From NCBI RefSeq assembly GCF_009914755.1, contig NC_060943.1: a stretch of DNA of 64,000 nucleotides; one strand, 5' to 3'. This document shows, one piece after another, positions 36,734 to 56,508 of this stretch. How positions within the stretch are numbered: the first letter of the stretch is position 1; each line of letters opens with the position of its first letter. The notes beneath the pieces are model-generated. The model was not told the origin of the DNA, made no database searches, and saw only the letters and a program-made list of their open reading frames with translations. The stretch is from the human T2T-CHM13v2.0 reference genome, Homo sapiens. Position numbers and translations under genes: made by a program.

Positions 36734-37418
36734 CACAAAGTCAGTAACTAAGTACCTAAAAAAGACATGGGCCATGGGTGGTGTGTCACATGCCTGTCGT
36801 TCCAGTACTTTGGGAGGCTGAGGTGGGAGGATTGCTTGAGGCTAGGAGTTTGAGACCTACTTGTGCAACATAAAATTATGAAAAATTAAAATTACAAAAA
36901 AGAATTTCAAAAAAGTTAGCTGGTTATGGTCGTGTGGGCCTATAGTCCCAGCTTGGGAGCCGGAGGTGGGAGGATGGCTTGAGCCCAGGAGGCTGCAGTG
37001 AGTAAGGCGTGATCATGCCATTGCATTCCAGCCTGGGTGACAGAGTGAGACACCCTTTCTCTTTTTGTTTGTTTTTTTTTTATATGTGTGTGTGCTTTGT
37101 TTTGTTTTTTTTGAGGCAGGGTCTCCCTCTCTTGTCCAGGGTGGAGTGCAGCAGTGTGATCGTAGCTCATTGTAGCCTCCACCTCCTTGGGCTCCACTGA
37201 TCCTCCCACCTCAGCCTCCAGAGTAGCTGGGACTATAGGTGCATGTTACCACGCCTGGCTATTTTTTTTTTTTTTTGTGGAGATGGGGTTTTGCCACGTT
37301 GGCCAGGCTGGTCTTGAACTCCTGGGCTCAGGCAATCCTCCTGCCTTGGCCTCCCAGAGTACTGGGATTAGAGGCGTGAGCCACGGCACCTAGCAACCCT
37401 GTCTCAAATAAATAGTAG

Positions 37419-38010
<592 letters not shown>

Positions 38011-38083
38011 TGAGGAGGCCGGGGGCTCTGTCCCCGCCGGGGCTGCCTCTGATGGAGCTGACGCTGATGCCCGCTCTCTGCAG

Positions 38084-38221
38084 GTTGTGAAATACTGGCC
38101 CGAGAAGGGGAAGTCCGGGTTTCTCGTGTGGCGCTACCTTCTGCGGAGGGACGATGATGAGCCTGGCCCTTGGACGAAGGAGGGGAAGGACCGGATCAAG
38201 AAGCTGGGGCTGACCATGCAG
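38084..38221 (+). CDS. UHRF1: UHRF1 exon 13 (end of SRA)
   Basis: ctctgcag|GTTGTG...ATGCAG|gtgtgt; 138 nt; [24 protein letters not shown]...LGLTMQ. Confidence 0.98.
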
Positions 38222-38242
38222 GTGTGTCTGGGATGGGGGATG

Positions 38243-38567
<325 letters not shown>

Positions 38568-39278
38568 TCATCCTTGAAGGTCATTGTGGGTCACAGAATG
38601 GGCCCTGCCTGGGCTTGTGGTGCTCATGTTCTGGACCGCGCTGAACACTCCAGGAGGCCTCCCGTCTCGGGCCCATGCTTCCCTGGTTTCTCTCTGATCC
38701 AGAATAATTTCCAGGGCCCCAGCTGATGGCACCCCCCTAGCTGTCCCATATAAATCCTCCAGCCAGGGGGTGATGGGAACGCGCAGATGACATTTGCTTC
38801 TCCGCCTGCCGCATCTCAGAGTTGAAAACCAGACTTGCTTGTCTTCGTTCTGTTGGTAAAGGGATCGCTGCAGACCAGTCAGGCATCTGGTGTCTTCTGT
38901 TTTCACTTCTTGGCTCATCACAAAAAAAAAAAAAAAAAAGCAGAAACAAACCAACCAAATTGGTGGATTCCAGAGAGATCTGGACGGAAAAATGGGGAAG
39001 ATGAATATCCCCGAGCCATCTCTCACCTCCCTGTGGCGATGGGAACTGCCGAGAACTTACTCAACAAGCGGCGCAGCATTTCAGCACCAGTTAGGATGTG
39101 GTCTGTCCATTGCAGGGAGAAGCTTTACAGCAGACGAATCGTGAGACTATTTAAGGAATCTTAATTGCTGTCGAGAGCCTGATGTCCTCTACCCGAGGGG
39201 GTCACTCAGGTTGTCTTTTGAATGGATTTGTACGGTGGGGAATTTCAGAAGCTGAGGAAGTAGAGAGAAAAATAGTAA

Positions 39279-39796
<518 letters not shown>

Positions 39797-40460
39797 TAGT
39801 AGAGACGGGGTTTCGCCATGTTGGCCAGGCTGGTGACCTCAGGTGATCCACCTGCTTCCACCTCCCAAAGTGCTGGGATTACAGGTGTGAGCCGCTGACC
39901 CTGGCCAGGATTTTTTTTTTTTTTATGACTCTCATCTCCATTGTAACATAAAGAATGTGAAAGGAGCTCAAAGATTTCCTGAGACACTGGAGAGTCAGAC
40001 GTGACTTATAGGTACCTTCGAAATGGAGCGATGATGCCCTGTGAGGACAGAGAGGGCCCGAGTCCTCAGAATCACCAGAGTTTGGCCAGCTAAGGCCCTG
40101 GGGTCAGGTGTTCGTAAGTGAAGTTTCTGGGGAAACAGTCATGCTCATTCACTGAAGTAGCCTGCTCTCAGCGCTTGCAGTCCAGACCCATAAGGCTTGA
40201 AAACATTCACCCTAGGGTCCCTGGAAGCAAAAGTTTGCCTGCCCTCATGGAAATCGTAAAGACAACGAGATCTTATTGGTGGGATGTGATGCTGAACACG
40301 TCACCCGCGTTCGCTCACATTAAATGCGCTTACCCCGACCCTGCCAGGTGGAGCTTGGCCGATTATCTCCTCTTAGTCTCCTCTTGTTCGTAGTGAAGCT
40401 TTGCGATTAGACAGGATTAGCCATTGGTCGAGGCTCCACAGTTAACGAAGAGCTGAATGC

Positions 40461-41442
40461 ACAGGCGTCCCCCCCTTACCAGGGGGACACTTCGAAGGTC
40501 CTCAGCACATGCTTGAAACCAGAGAGTACCAAACCGTTGATGTATAATTTTTTTTCCATACGTGTGGACTGGTGATTAAGTTTAATCTATAAATTAGGCA
40601 CAGTATGAGATTCACAACCTCTCTTTCGCATCTTAGGCTTCTCTTTAGCATTTCCAAATTGTCAGCATCCCTACTCTTGCACTTTGGGGCCATTATTTTT
40701 ATTTTTGAGACCAGGTCTCGCTCTGTTGTCCAGGCTGGAGTGTAGTGGTGTGATCATAGCTCACTACAGCCTCAAACTCCTGGGCTCAAGTGATTCTCCT
40801 GCCTCAGGCTCCTAAGTAGCTGGGACTACAGATGCACACCACCAGGCTCGGCTAATTTTTTAAATTTTTTTGTAGAGAGGGGATCTTGCTATGTTGCCCA
40901 GGCTGGTCTCAAACTCCTGGGCTCAAGCGATCCCCCTGCCTTGGCTTCCCAAAGTGTTGGGCTTATTTAATAAAAATTAGAATGTTTAATATTAATATTT
41001 TATATTTAGCCTGTAATCCCAGCATTTTGGATGACTGAGGCAGGTGGATCACTTGAGGTCAGGAGTTCAAGACCAGCCTGGCCAACATGGTGAAGCCCCA
41101 TCTCTACTAAAAATACAAAAATTAGCTGGGTGTGGTGGCGGGCACCTGTAATCCCAGCTACTCGGGAGGCTGAGGCAGGAGAATCGAGAAGCTGGACAAA
41201 GGGAAGGTTCACATCCCTGTGGGACGATGCAATGTTTCATCATGCAGTGTGCGTGATGTGAGGTGGCTGTAAAGGGGGAGGAAGGGGCCCCGAGCCGAGG
41301 GATGCAGCGCCTCTAGACGTTGGACACTTAGAACAGTGTGCAGTTTACAACTTAGGAATTGTTTCTAGAATATTTCATGTAACATTTTCAGTTGACTTTG
41401 GGTCACTGAAACCTCAGCAAAACTAGATAAGGGAGGACTACC
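40461..41442 (-). mobile_element. MER44 (Tigger7-derived) element split by two Alus
   Basis: Terminal inverted words gtccccccttacc / gataagggaggactac; internal ctcttgcactttggggccatt and gctggacaaaggga. Confidence 0.75.
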
Positions 41443-41526
41443 CTGTGCTCTTCAGGGGGATTGGGGGTCAGGTGTGTCTGGAAACCCAGACCTGGCAAGG
41501 AGGCTGGAAGAGCGGGCTCTGCGTAG

Positions 41527-41736
<210 letters not shown>

Positions 41737-41789
41737 TGAGCGTCTTGTGTGTGGGGGAGCAGGTGGGCATCTCGCGGGTGTGGGGTTGA

Positions 41790-42900
<1,111 letters not shown>

Positions 42901-43109
42901 TTCACTTGTGTCTCTTTGGTCCCCGCACTTAGCTCCAAGCAGGAGGAGGTGTCTTTCGAGTCATCCGAGGCTGGGCTCCTGGTGGCCCGTGTACTCAGTA
43001 TGCATTGTGTCAGTGGACACCATGCCTCTAAATTTTTTTGGTGACAGGAGCTCACCCTGTCACCCAGGCTGGAGTGCGGTGGCATGGACAAAGGTCACTG
43101 CCTCCTTGA

Positions 43110-43334
<225 letters not shown>

Positions 43335-43933
43335 TAGTAGGGATGGGATTTCACCGTGTTGGTCAGGCTGGTCTTGAACTCCTGACCTTAGGTGATCTGC
43401 TCACCTCAGCCTCCCAAAGTACTGGGATTACAGGCGTGAGCCACCATGCCCGGCCTATTTTTTAATTTTTTGTAGAGATGGGGGTCTCACTGTATTGCCG
43501 GGCTGGTCTTGAACACCTGGCTCAAGCGATCCTCTTGTCTTGGCCTTCCAAAGTTCTGGGATGACAGGCGTGAGCTGCCGCTCCCAGCCAGGAACCTCTC
43601 CTAAAGCCCTGTCTTGACTCAGTGCAGGGTGTGCTTGGTGGTGCCAGCTGGTCATATCTGGGTCCTGCCCAGCATCATTGAGGCTGGCGCCCTTGTACTG
43701 GCTCCGCCTCATCCTCCCCACCTTGCCACTTGGGGTGTTGGGGACTTCAGGTGAGGCTCATGCCTGTTGGGCCTCTGTTTTTCTCAGAACGGGGACGATC
43801 ATGGCCCCCGCCTCCTGGAGTGAAGGCTGGGGACAGAATTAGAGGACCCAGGTACATGCTCAGCAGGAAGCCACTGATCTGTGGGAGCCCTGGTCCCGGT
43901 GTCTTTGCCGGCCTCACACCCGCTTCCCTCTAG

Positions 43934-44089
<156 letters not shown>

Positions 44090-44392
44090 TGACCTCCCGT
44101 TCCCACATGCCTGCCACTACAGACAGAGGCTTGTTGGCTTTGCTCCGCTCACTCTGCAGCTTTTCTCGGGGCCCTGTTGACTGCTTTCTGGGCAGCCTGT
44201 ATTACCACGGAGGCCTATAACATTCTCCCCCAAGTCCTGTATGGTCAAGGGGCCAGGGTGGGAGAGGATGGGCCACAGTCTTGGCCTAAGGTCTGGAGAG
44301 GAGGTGCACATCCCCTAGGGGTCAGGAAAGAAGGCTTCTTGGAGGAAGTGGTGTTACCAGGCAGCATCCCTTGTACCTGGGACAGCAGGTGA

Positions 44393-44737
<345 letters not shown>

Positions 44738-44869
44738 TAGCCAGGATGGTTTCGATCTCCTGACCTTGTCATCCACCCGCCTTGGCCTCCCAAAGTGCTG
44801 GGATTACAGGTGTAAGCCACCGCGCCCACCCCGCAGCTGATGGTTTTCAAACCGATTGGTTTGGGGCCA

Positions 44870-45080
44870 GGACAGGGTCTCTTCCCCCCTGTGCTGTGGG
44901 CCTTGGGGCTGGATCATTGTCTGGGGTGGGGCCGTCCTGGGCACTGCAGGGTGCTGAGCAGCATCCCCGGCCCCCACCCACTCCATGCCAGGAGCTCCCT
45001 GCCTAGTCGAGACAATCACAGACATCCCCAGACACCTTCCAGTGTCCCCTGGGGGCAGAACTGCCCAGGTGGGCAGTGTG
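44870..45080 (-). mobile_element. MER20-like remnant
   Basis: ggggccgtcctgggcactgcagggtgctgagcagcatcc...cacccactccatgccaggagc. Confidence 0.78.
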
Positions 45081-45846
45081 GGTCTGGGTGATGGTTTCTC
45101 TGCTGCAACCTCTGGCCAGAGCCGGCAGTCCCGGTGGACAGGTGTGGAAGGGACTGACCCTGCCACCCCGCGGATCTCCCCAGGCTTCTGAGTTGCTGGC
45201 GGTTTTCCTTCCAACTGCAGTCCCGCAGTCCTCTCAGCCATGGGCCACACCCCCGGGTCTCAGACCCCGTGTTTGTTTTCATGCCAGGAGGCAGCTCAGG
45301 GAAGGTCAGGAGATGGGGTGTTCCCAGTCATGCCCATGGCATCTCTGCCTCCTCGGGCCCCACCTGCCTCGCCCTGTGGCCTGAGTCCCTTCAGCTGTGT
45401 GGGCCTCCCTGAGTGCCCTGAGTGAGGTGGCAGAAGGGGTGAGAGGCCATGGTGTCTTTGGGGCTGGTGGTCCGGGTCTGGCCATCTGTCACCTCTCAGG
45501 CGTGCAGGCACTAATCCCTCCAAGCCTCAGTTGGCCACAGTGAGAAGGGGCCTGGTAACACTGTCCTGGATGCCAGGTTGTTGTGAAGGTCCCGGCTTAG
45601 CCTCTGGCAGGAAGGAGGTGCTCAGGAGGTGGGCACAGGCAGAGGGCTGGCTGTGGGGGGCTATTGGAAGAGGGAGGCCTGGGAGCCCCGTGGCGGTAGG
45701 AAGGACTGTGGGGACATTGGAAACCATCTGTCCTGTGCATCGGTGTGAAGGCGCGGAAGCGCTGAGGATGTGAAGGAAGGGGCTAACCAGCATCACGGTG
45801 TCCCCACAATCTGTCCTTGTTGCTCTGTTCCAACTTGGGAAGCTCA

Positions 45847-46038
<192 letters not shown>

Positions 46039-46304
46039 TTAAAACAAAATTAGCTGGGTGAGGTGACAGGTGCTACTCAGGAGACTGAGGTGGTAGAATC
46101 GCTTGAACCTGGGAGGTACAGGTTGCGGTGAGCTGAGATCGCGCCATTGTACTCCAGCCTGGGCGTCAGAGCAAGATTCTGTCTCAAAAAAAAAAAAAAA
46201 AAATTGAAAAAAACATTCAGAGACAGCATCTCACTCTGTCGCCCAGGCTGGAGTGCAGTGGTGCCATCATAGCTCATCGCAGCCTTGAACTCCTCGCGGG
46301 GCTA

Positions 46305-46910
<606 letters not shown>

Positions 46911-47076
46911 TCATTGACGTGTATGTTTATTTTTTATTTTTTTCGAGACAAGGTCTTGCTTTGTCGCTCAGGCTGGAGTGCAATGGCGTGATCATGGCTC
47001 ACTGCAGCCTCAGCCTGCCTCCCTGGGTTCAGGTGATCCTCCCACTTCAGCCTCCGGAGTAGCCACGCCCGGCTAA

Positions 47077-47392
<316 letters not shown>

Positions 47393-47836
47393 TAAGCATC
47401 TACTGTATACACTGTGCTTGGTGTTGAGAGAGAACACAGCCTCAAAGCTCAGGGAGCATCTGCCCTGTTGTAGATAAGATAAGCACATTAATAATATATA
47501 ACACGGCTCCACAGGTGGAAGGAGAGGTGCCGTCTTGAAGGCAGATGGGGTGAGGGGATGGGACTGCCTCTAGGGAGGTGTCAGGGAAGGCCCCATAAGG
47601 GAGGTGACTTGAGCTGAGCTGTGAGTGATGAGAGCCGGGGGACCGAGCTGTTAAGCTGCATGACCTGCCAGGGACAAAAGCCTGGAGGCCGGGTGAGCTT
47701 GGAATCTTTGAGGGCCCCTAGGGGGGCCAGGCTGGTGATGGGCAGCAGGTGGAAAGTGAGACTGAAGGTCAGAGGGGCCTCTGGACCTGGTGAGACTCCC
47801 CACAGTCCTGGGAGAGGTGGCCAGGAGCAAACCTGA

Positions 47837-48025
<189 letters not shown>

Positions 48026-49176
48026 TCTCCAAGCACTTCTCGACAGGCGTTTTGCTGAAAACGTGTCGGAGGGCTCGTTCATCGGCACTGATTTTGTTCT
48101 TAGTGGGCTTAACTTAAACAGGTAGTGTTTCCTCCGTTCCCTAAAAAGGTTTGTCTTCCTTTTTTTTTTATTTTTATTTTTCAAATCTATACATTTTCAG
48201 GAATTTATGTATTCTGGCTAAAAGTTGGACTTCTCAGTATTGTGTTTAGTTCTTTGAAAACATAAAAGCCTGCAATTTCTCGACAAAACAACACAAGATT
48301 TTTTAAAGATGGAATCAGAAACTACGTGGTGTGGAGGCTGTTGATGTTTCTGGTGTCAAGTTCTCAGAAGTTGCTGCCACCAACTCTTTAAGAAGGCGAC
48401 AGGATCAGTCCTTCTCTCGGGTTCTGGCCCCCAAGGTCAGAGCAAGCATCTTCCTGACAGCATTTTGTCATCTAAAGTCCAGTGACATGGTTCCCCGTGG
48501 TGGCCCGTGGCAGCCCGTGGCATGGCGTGGCTCAGCTGTCTGTTGAAGTTGTTGCAAGGAAAAGAGGAAACATCTCGGGCCTAGTTCAAACCTTTGCCTC
48601 AAAGCCATCCCCCACCAGACTGCTTAGCGTCTGAGATCCGCGTGAAAAGTCCTCTGCCCACGAGAGCAGGGAGTTGGGGCCACGCAGAAATGGCCTCAAG
48701 GGGACTCTGCTCCACGTGGGGCCAGGCGTGTGACTGACGCTGTCCGACGAAGGCGGCCACGGACGGACGCCAGCACACGAAGTCACGTGCAAGTGCCTTT
48801 GATTCGTTCCTTCTTTCTAAAGACGACAGTCTTTGTTGTTAGCACTGAATTATTGAAAATGTCAACCAGATTCTAGAAACTGCGGTCATCCAGTTCTTCC
48901 TGACACCGGATGGGTGCTTGGGAACCGTTTGAGCCTTATAGATCATTTACATTCAATTTTTTTAACTCAGCAAGTGAGAACTTACAAGAGGGTTTTTTTT
49001 TAATTTTTTTTTCTCTTAATGAACACATTTTCTAAATGAATTTTTTTTGTAGTTACTGTATATGTACCAAGAAAGATATAACGTTAGGGTTTGGTTGTTT
49101 TTGTTTTTGTATTTTTTTTCTTTTGAAAGGGTTTGTTAATTTTTCTAATTTTACCAAAGTTTGCAGCCTATACCTC

Positions 49177-49182
49177 AATAAA
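49177..49182 (+). terminator. Proximal polyadenylation signal of UHRF1
   Basis: AATAAA following a long U-rich upstream tract. Confidence 0.6.
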
Positions 49183-49352
49183 ACAGGGATATTTTAAATC
49201 ACATACCTGCAGACAAACTGGAGCAATGTTATTTTTAAAGGGTTTTTTTCACCTCCTTATTCTTAGATTATTAATGTATTAGGGAAGAATGAGACAATTT
49301 TGTGTAGGCTTTTTCTAAAGTCCAGTACTTTGTCCAGATTTTAGATTCTCAG

Positions 49353-49358
49353 AATAAA
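49353..49358 (+). terminator. Distal polyadenylation signal of UHRF1
   Basis: AATAAA, then CA at ~+10 and a downstream GU-rich element; interspersed repeats resume right after. Confidence 0.8.
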
Positions 49359-49859
49359 TGTTTTTCACAGATAGACTTGATTGTGTCTTCCTATTTGCAA
49401 ACTGCCTTTGGAGCTTTCTGTCTACTTTTGTGCACTATTTTACAAAAATCCCAGGAGAAACATGAGGCAGGTGGCTTCAGCCCCACTTTACAGATGAGAA
49501 AACTGAGACCCAGGAGATGACGGTGACGGGCTGAGGTCCTAACCGCAGCCTGGGAGGTGCTGGGCTGTTCACTTTGCAGCGTCAAGTTGCAGGGGTCAGC
49601 AAACGACAGCCAATGGGACCCAAGTCAGGACACTGCCTGTCTGTAAATAAAGTTTTATTGACACCACCACACCCATTTCTTTATGTATATAGTGGCGTTT
49701 ACGCTACCATCAGCAGAACTGAGTAGGTACAGCAGAAACCATCTGGACCACAAAGCTGAAAAATACTCACTGCCTGGCCAGCAAAGCTTGCTGGTCTCTT
49801 CTCTTGGGAGGATGACTTGACTGTAGGAGTCTGAGACCAGCCTGTAGACCCCAACTCTA

Positions 49860-50096
<237 letters not shown>

Positions 50097-50164
50097 TCAA
50101 CCTATTACTGGTGCCTTTTATTGATGGTTAAGTAACCATATGGGCAGATTTGTTTTGTTTTTGA

Positions 50165-50311
<147 letters not shown>

Positions 50312-50493
50312 TAATTTTTTTTTTTTTTTTTTTGGAGAGACGGGATCTCATTCTGTTGCCCAGGCTGGTCTCCAACTCCTGTGATTAGGCGATCCTCCCA
50401 TCTCAGCCTCCCAAAGTGCTGGGATTACAGACGTGAGCCACCACGTGCAGCCTGGAGTTTCTTTTTGAGGTGGTAAAAATGTTCTAAAATTGA

Positions 50494-50862
<369 letters not shown>

Positions 50863-51219
50863 AGAATTGTGCACTTTAAGTGGGTGAATTGTATGGTATG
50901 TGGATTATACCAGAAATATGTCAAGTGTGAACGTGAAGATAAGATTCCCAGTTCTTGAAGGAAACTCCATAAATGTCCCCAGTGGGCCCTTCCTAGAAAA
51001 CACTAAAGTGGGTTCATTGTTGAGATTGCTGCCTTCTTTTTGATTTTTCTCTCCCTTTAAAGAACAATGTCATGTTTAAAAAATGAGCAAAACCCAGAAA
51101 AGTATTTGTGGAACTGTTTTGCCACCGACTCTAATCTTGGGCATATTTCTTTCCTGGTTCACTTAAAAAAATTTCTTTGGCCGGGTGCGATGGCTCACAC
51201 CTGTAATCGCAGCACTTTA

Positions 51220-51508
<289 letters not shown>

Positions 51509-51605
51509 TCACCCAGGCTGGAGTACAGTGGTGGTGTCATCATAGCTCACTGCAGCCTCAAACTCCCATGCGCAAGCAATCCTCCTGCCTCAGCCTCCTG
51601 AGTAG

Positions 51606-51800
<195 letters not shown>

Positions 51801-51894
51801 TAACAGCTCTATGGAGATAACAGTTCAGGTAATATAAAGGTCACCCTTTTAAAGCATACAGTTCAGTGGTTTTATTTTACTGTGTTGTTTTTGA

Positions 51895-52176
<282 letters not shown>

Positions 52177-52523
52177 TAGTGGTTTTAGTATAGTCAATAC
52201 AGTTATGCAGCCATCACCACCATCTAATTACAGAACTTTAACATCCACACAAAAAGAAACCTCACACCCTTCCGCAGTCTTGCCCTGTGTCCCTCCCCCA
52301 GGCCCTGCAAGCCACGAATCCTCTTTCTATCCTTATGGATTTGCCTGTCCTGGACATTTCATATAAATGGAATTATACTGTATTTTGTGTCTGGCTTCTG
52401 TCACTAAGGATGGAATTTTCGAGGTTCATCTGCATTGTAGCCTGTGTCAGAGCTTTATTCCTTTTCATGGCTGAGTAATATTCCACTGTACGGATGGGCC
52501 ACCTTTCTATAATCCCCGTTTGA

Positions 52524-52967
<444 letters not shown>

Positions 52968-53698
52968 TGAAGCCCAGTCCCCAACTGCTTTTTTTTTTTT
53001 TTTTTTGGAGATAGTCTCCATGGCCCAGGCTGGAGTGCAGTGGTGTAATCTCAGCTCACTGCAGCTGCCTCCTCCTGGATTCAAGCAATTCTCGGGCTTC
53101 CCCTCTCTAGTAGATGGGACTACAGGCATGCACCACCACACCTGGCCGATTTTTGTACTTTTTGTAGAGATGGGGTTTTTGCCATGTTGGCCAGGCTGGT
53201 CTCGAACTCCCGGGCTCAAGTGATCCTCCTGCCTCAGCCTCCCAAAGTGCTGGGATTACAGCCACTGCACCTGGCCTCCCATTTCAATTTGTTAATGCAG
53301 CAGACCAACCCATAAGGGGAGGGGCATCTATTGAAGCATTGAACATTTTTGCGCTCCACACCTTGCCTGTCTAGAAAGATTGAGGGAGACCAGTCAGAAA
53401 TTGAGCATTGGGCCTGCTAATTGGGGGTTCCTTGACGTCTGAAAGCCAAGCCAAGCCTCCTGGTCTTGTTTAGGGGGAGGTCCCCAAGCATTCCCTGCCC
53501 CAGTCCTTTGTGAGATTTGCATCTGACTGCAAAGGATGGAAGAAAACCAGGGCAATTAGGTGAGTGTTCCCTAAATTAATCTGCCCATTAAAATATTCTA
53601 AAGAGCATTTCCTTCCTTTTTGGAGGATGAGGACTTCTACTTATCTGACAGCAATTCTAGTGTGTTTTTAACATTTTAATATGAAGAGTTTCCAAAAC

Positions 53699-53730
53699 TT
53701 GGAAAGAATCGGATTTGGAAAGAATCGGAT
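53699..53730. repeat. Perfect 16-bp tandem duplication
   Basis: (ttggaaagaatcggat)x2. Confidence 0.95.
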
Positions 53731-54075
53731 GGTGAACCCTCAGACCTACCGTCTAGATTCTATGATCATGTTAAGTTTTTCTCATAAGAGATGGCATGAA
53801 AACTTTGTCTAAGCAAAATAAAGTGGAGAACCCATTTGGGTTCCTCGGTTAAAAACATTTATATTGTCTGTGAAATCTAAACACCCCCCACTGTCTCAGA
53901 GAATATACTTGGAAGTAGAACAAAAAGCCCTATGTATGTGGTACGTGGGGTGGGGACTCTTTCCCTTCATGATTGCACTTTTTTTTTTTTTTGAGACAGG
54001 GTCTCATTCTGTTGCCCAGGAGTGCAGTGGTGTGATCATGGCTCACTGCAGCCTCGACCTCCTGGGCTCAAGTGA

Positions 54076-54309
<234 letters not shown>

Positions 54310-56021
54310 TGAGACGGGGTTTGACTCTGTCACCCAGGCTGGAGTGCAGTGGTGTAATCAACGGCTCACTGCAGCCTCCACTTCCCCGGGCTCAGGTGAT
54401 CCTTTCGCCTCAGCCCCCGAATAGCTGGGATTATAGGCGCGTGTCACCACGCCCAACTTTTGTAATTTTTTTGGTAGAGACGGAGTCTTGCTATATTGCC
54501 CAGCCTGTTCTCAAACTCGTGGGCTCAAGTGATCTGCCCATCTCAGCCTCCCAAAGTGCTGCGATTCCAGGCATGACCTGAAATTAAATCTCAACTCCAT
54601 GTGGAATATATGAATATGGTCCCATAAGAATTTAAAACACCCAGAGCTTCTTAAATTCTCCTTTGACTTCTCTTTTTACCAGTGTGCAGCTTTCCTTCTC
54701 TCCCCAAGGATTAAGTTCGTTTCTTCAGTTTAGGAGTACCTTTTTCTGTGCATTGACAAGCTTGTGTGCTCTTAACCTCATGATACCGGTTTCTGTGTGT
54801 GTTTCCATATTTATTTTATTGAGTACAGGATTCTGGACCACTGTCCCTAGCTCAGCGGTTGGGAGATATTTCATGTTTGCAAACAGATCGGCCTTCTCTT
54901 TTTTCTTTTCTTTCCTTTTTTGAGACAGAGTCTCACCCTGTTGCCCAGGCTGAAGTGCAGTGATCTCGACTCACTGCAACCTCCGCCTCAGCCTCTGGAG
55001 TAGCTGGGATTACAGGCATGCGCCACCATGCCTGGCTAATTTTGTATTTGTTAATAGAGACAGGTTTTTGCCATGTTGGCCAGGCTGGTCTCGAACTCTG
55101 GACCTCAGGTGTTCCACCCGACTCGACCTCCCAAAGTGCTGGGATTACAGGTGTGAGTCACCGCGCCCGAGCCACAGCACCGGGCCTGGCCTCCTTTTCA
55201 ATTGCTACATAGTAAGTATTCCAGAGTACTGATTGCTATTAAGTTACTTCTCTAATCCCCCACTGATGGATAGTTAGTGCAAAACATTGGAAACAGTTGC
55301 AGACAGCCCTGCCGCCGGCATTCTTGAATTGTGTAAGCTCCAGACCTTTTTTCTGGGTACATCACCTCCAGGAAGAACTGCTGGCTGGGTTATCGGGTGG
55401 TGGATGCACTTAGAATGTTATTAGAAAATGTCAAATTGCCCAATTTACACTCCTGCCACTCCAAATGGGGGCATGCCCACACCCCTGCGTGGTCCAGTAC
55501 ACAATGAATGCTCATTTTGTGAAGTCACAGGGTCAAATCTTTCTCCGTGCCTCATCCCACTTAATCCTTGCAACATTCTCAAGAGGCGGGTAGACGGGGT
55601 GTGGCCACTACCATCATATCCATTGCACAGTTGGAAACAGACTCAGCGAGGTTACTTTGCTGGAGGTCAACCACAGTGAGGCATGGGGCCCGGCTTAGCT
55701 TTGAATCCAGGTCAGAAAGCACCAAAGCTCATTCTCTCCCATACATTTTAGGGAACTCGGGGAGAGGGACCCTAACTATTCCGAAGGCCTTGCCCCTTGG
55801 CAAAGGTTTGTTGATTGTGATGGGAATAGACCTACGGTGGCGGGGTGGAGGCTCTTGCTGCTTTACCCTATGTTCTCGGTTCTCCTCCTTTGCAAAACGG
55901 ATCGCTATGTCTCCTTGCTTGGCACTTTGCAAATTGGGGAACGCTAAGCCCACATTCCGGCCACGGGTTTCGAACCTCCAGCCTGCACGTTCCCGGCCGG
56001 TGCTGATGCTGTGCTGGGTCT

Positions 56022-56508
56022 CACGTACTCAGCCGCCGCCTGATAACCAGGGCGGGGCCCGGAGCTTGCGGGCAGTGATTGGCACCTGCCCCAGCCTGTC
56101 CGCGCCTCGGGCTGGCCCCTCAAGCCAATACTGGCTCCTCTCTGTGCGGTCGTCGGGCGGGCCCTGAGGCTCCCTTGTCAATCCAAGGCCCAGCTGCCGT
56201 CGGGTTGGTCGCGGCAGCCTTGGCTGGCGTGCGCCCCCTCCAATGAGAACAGAGCCGGTCAGCGGGCACGTGGGTGGGCGCCGGCGTGTCCCCGCCGGTC
56301 TGCCAATGAAGAGGCGAGGCCGGCGTTTGTCCCCGCCCAATCGCGGCGCGCGGTGGGCGGGCCGTGCGGTGTTGATGGGCCCGGCGGAGGGGAGGGGCGG
56401 AGCTGTCAGCTCCGGCCAATGGGCGCTCGGGCGTGGGTCCGGCAGCCAATGGCAGTCGGGGCGGAGCTGGCGCGCGGCCTTATAAGCCCCCCCCGCGAGC
56501 GCTTGCGG
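56022..56508 (+). promoter_or_regulatory. KDM4B: KDM4B proximal promoter: CCAAT x7, GC boxes, HRE/E-box, TATA
   Basis: ATTGG 56078; CCAAT 56125, 56240, 56303, 56337, 56416, 56446; CACGTA 56022; CACGTG 56267; GGGGCGGAGC ~56394 and ~56458; TATAA 56481, 28 nt before the inferred TSS. Confidence 0.85.

Larger units (their letters stand above)
48026..49376 (+). other. UHRF1: UHRF1 3'UTR (3' end approximate)
   Basis: Repeat-free sequence after TGA, with a U-rich distal half, ending ~20 nt after AATAAA at 49353 and followed by a GU/U-rich element (ttgtgtctt). Confidence 0.85.
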
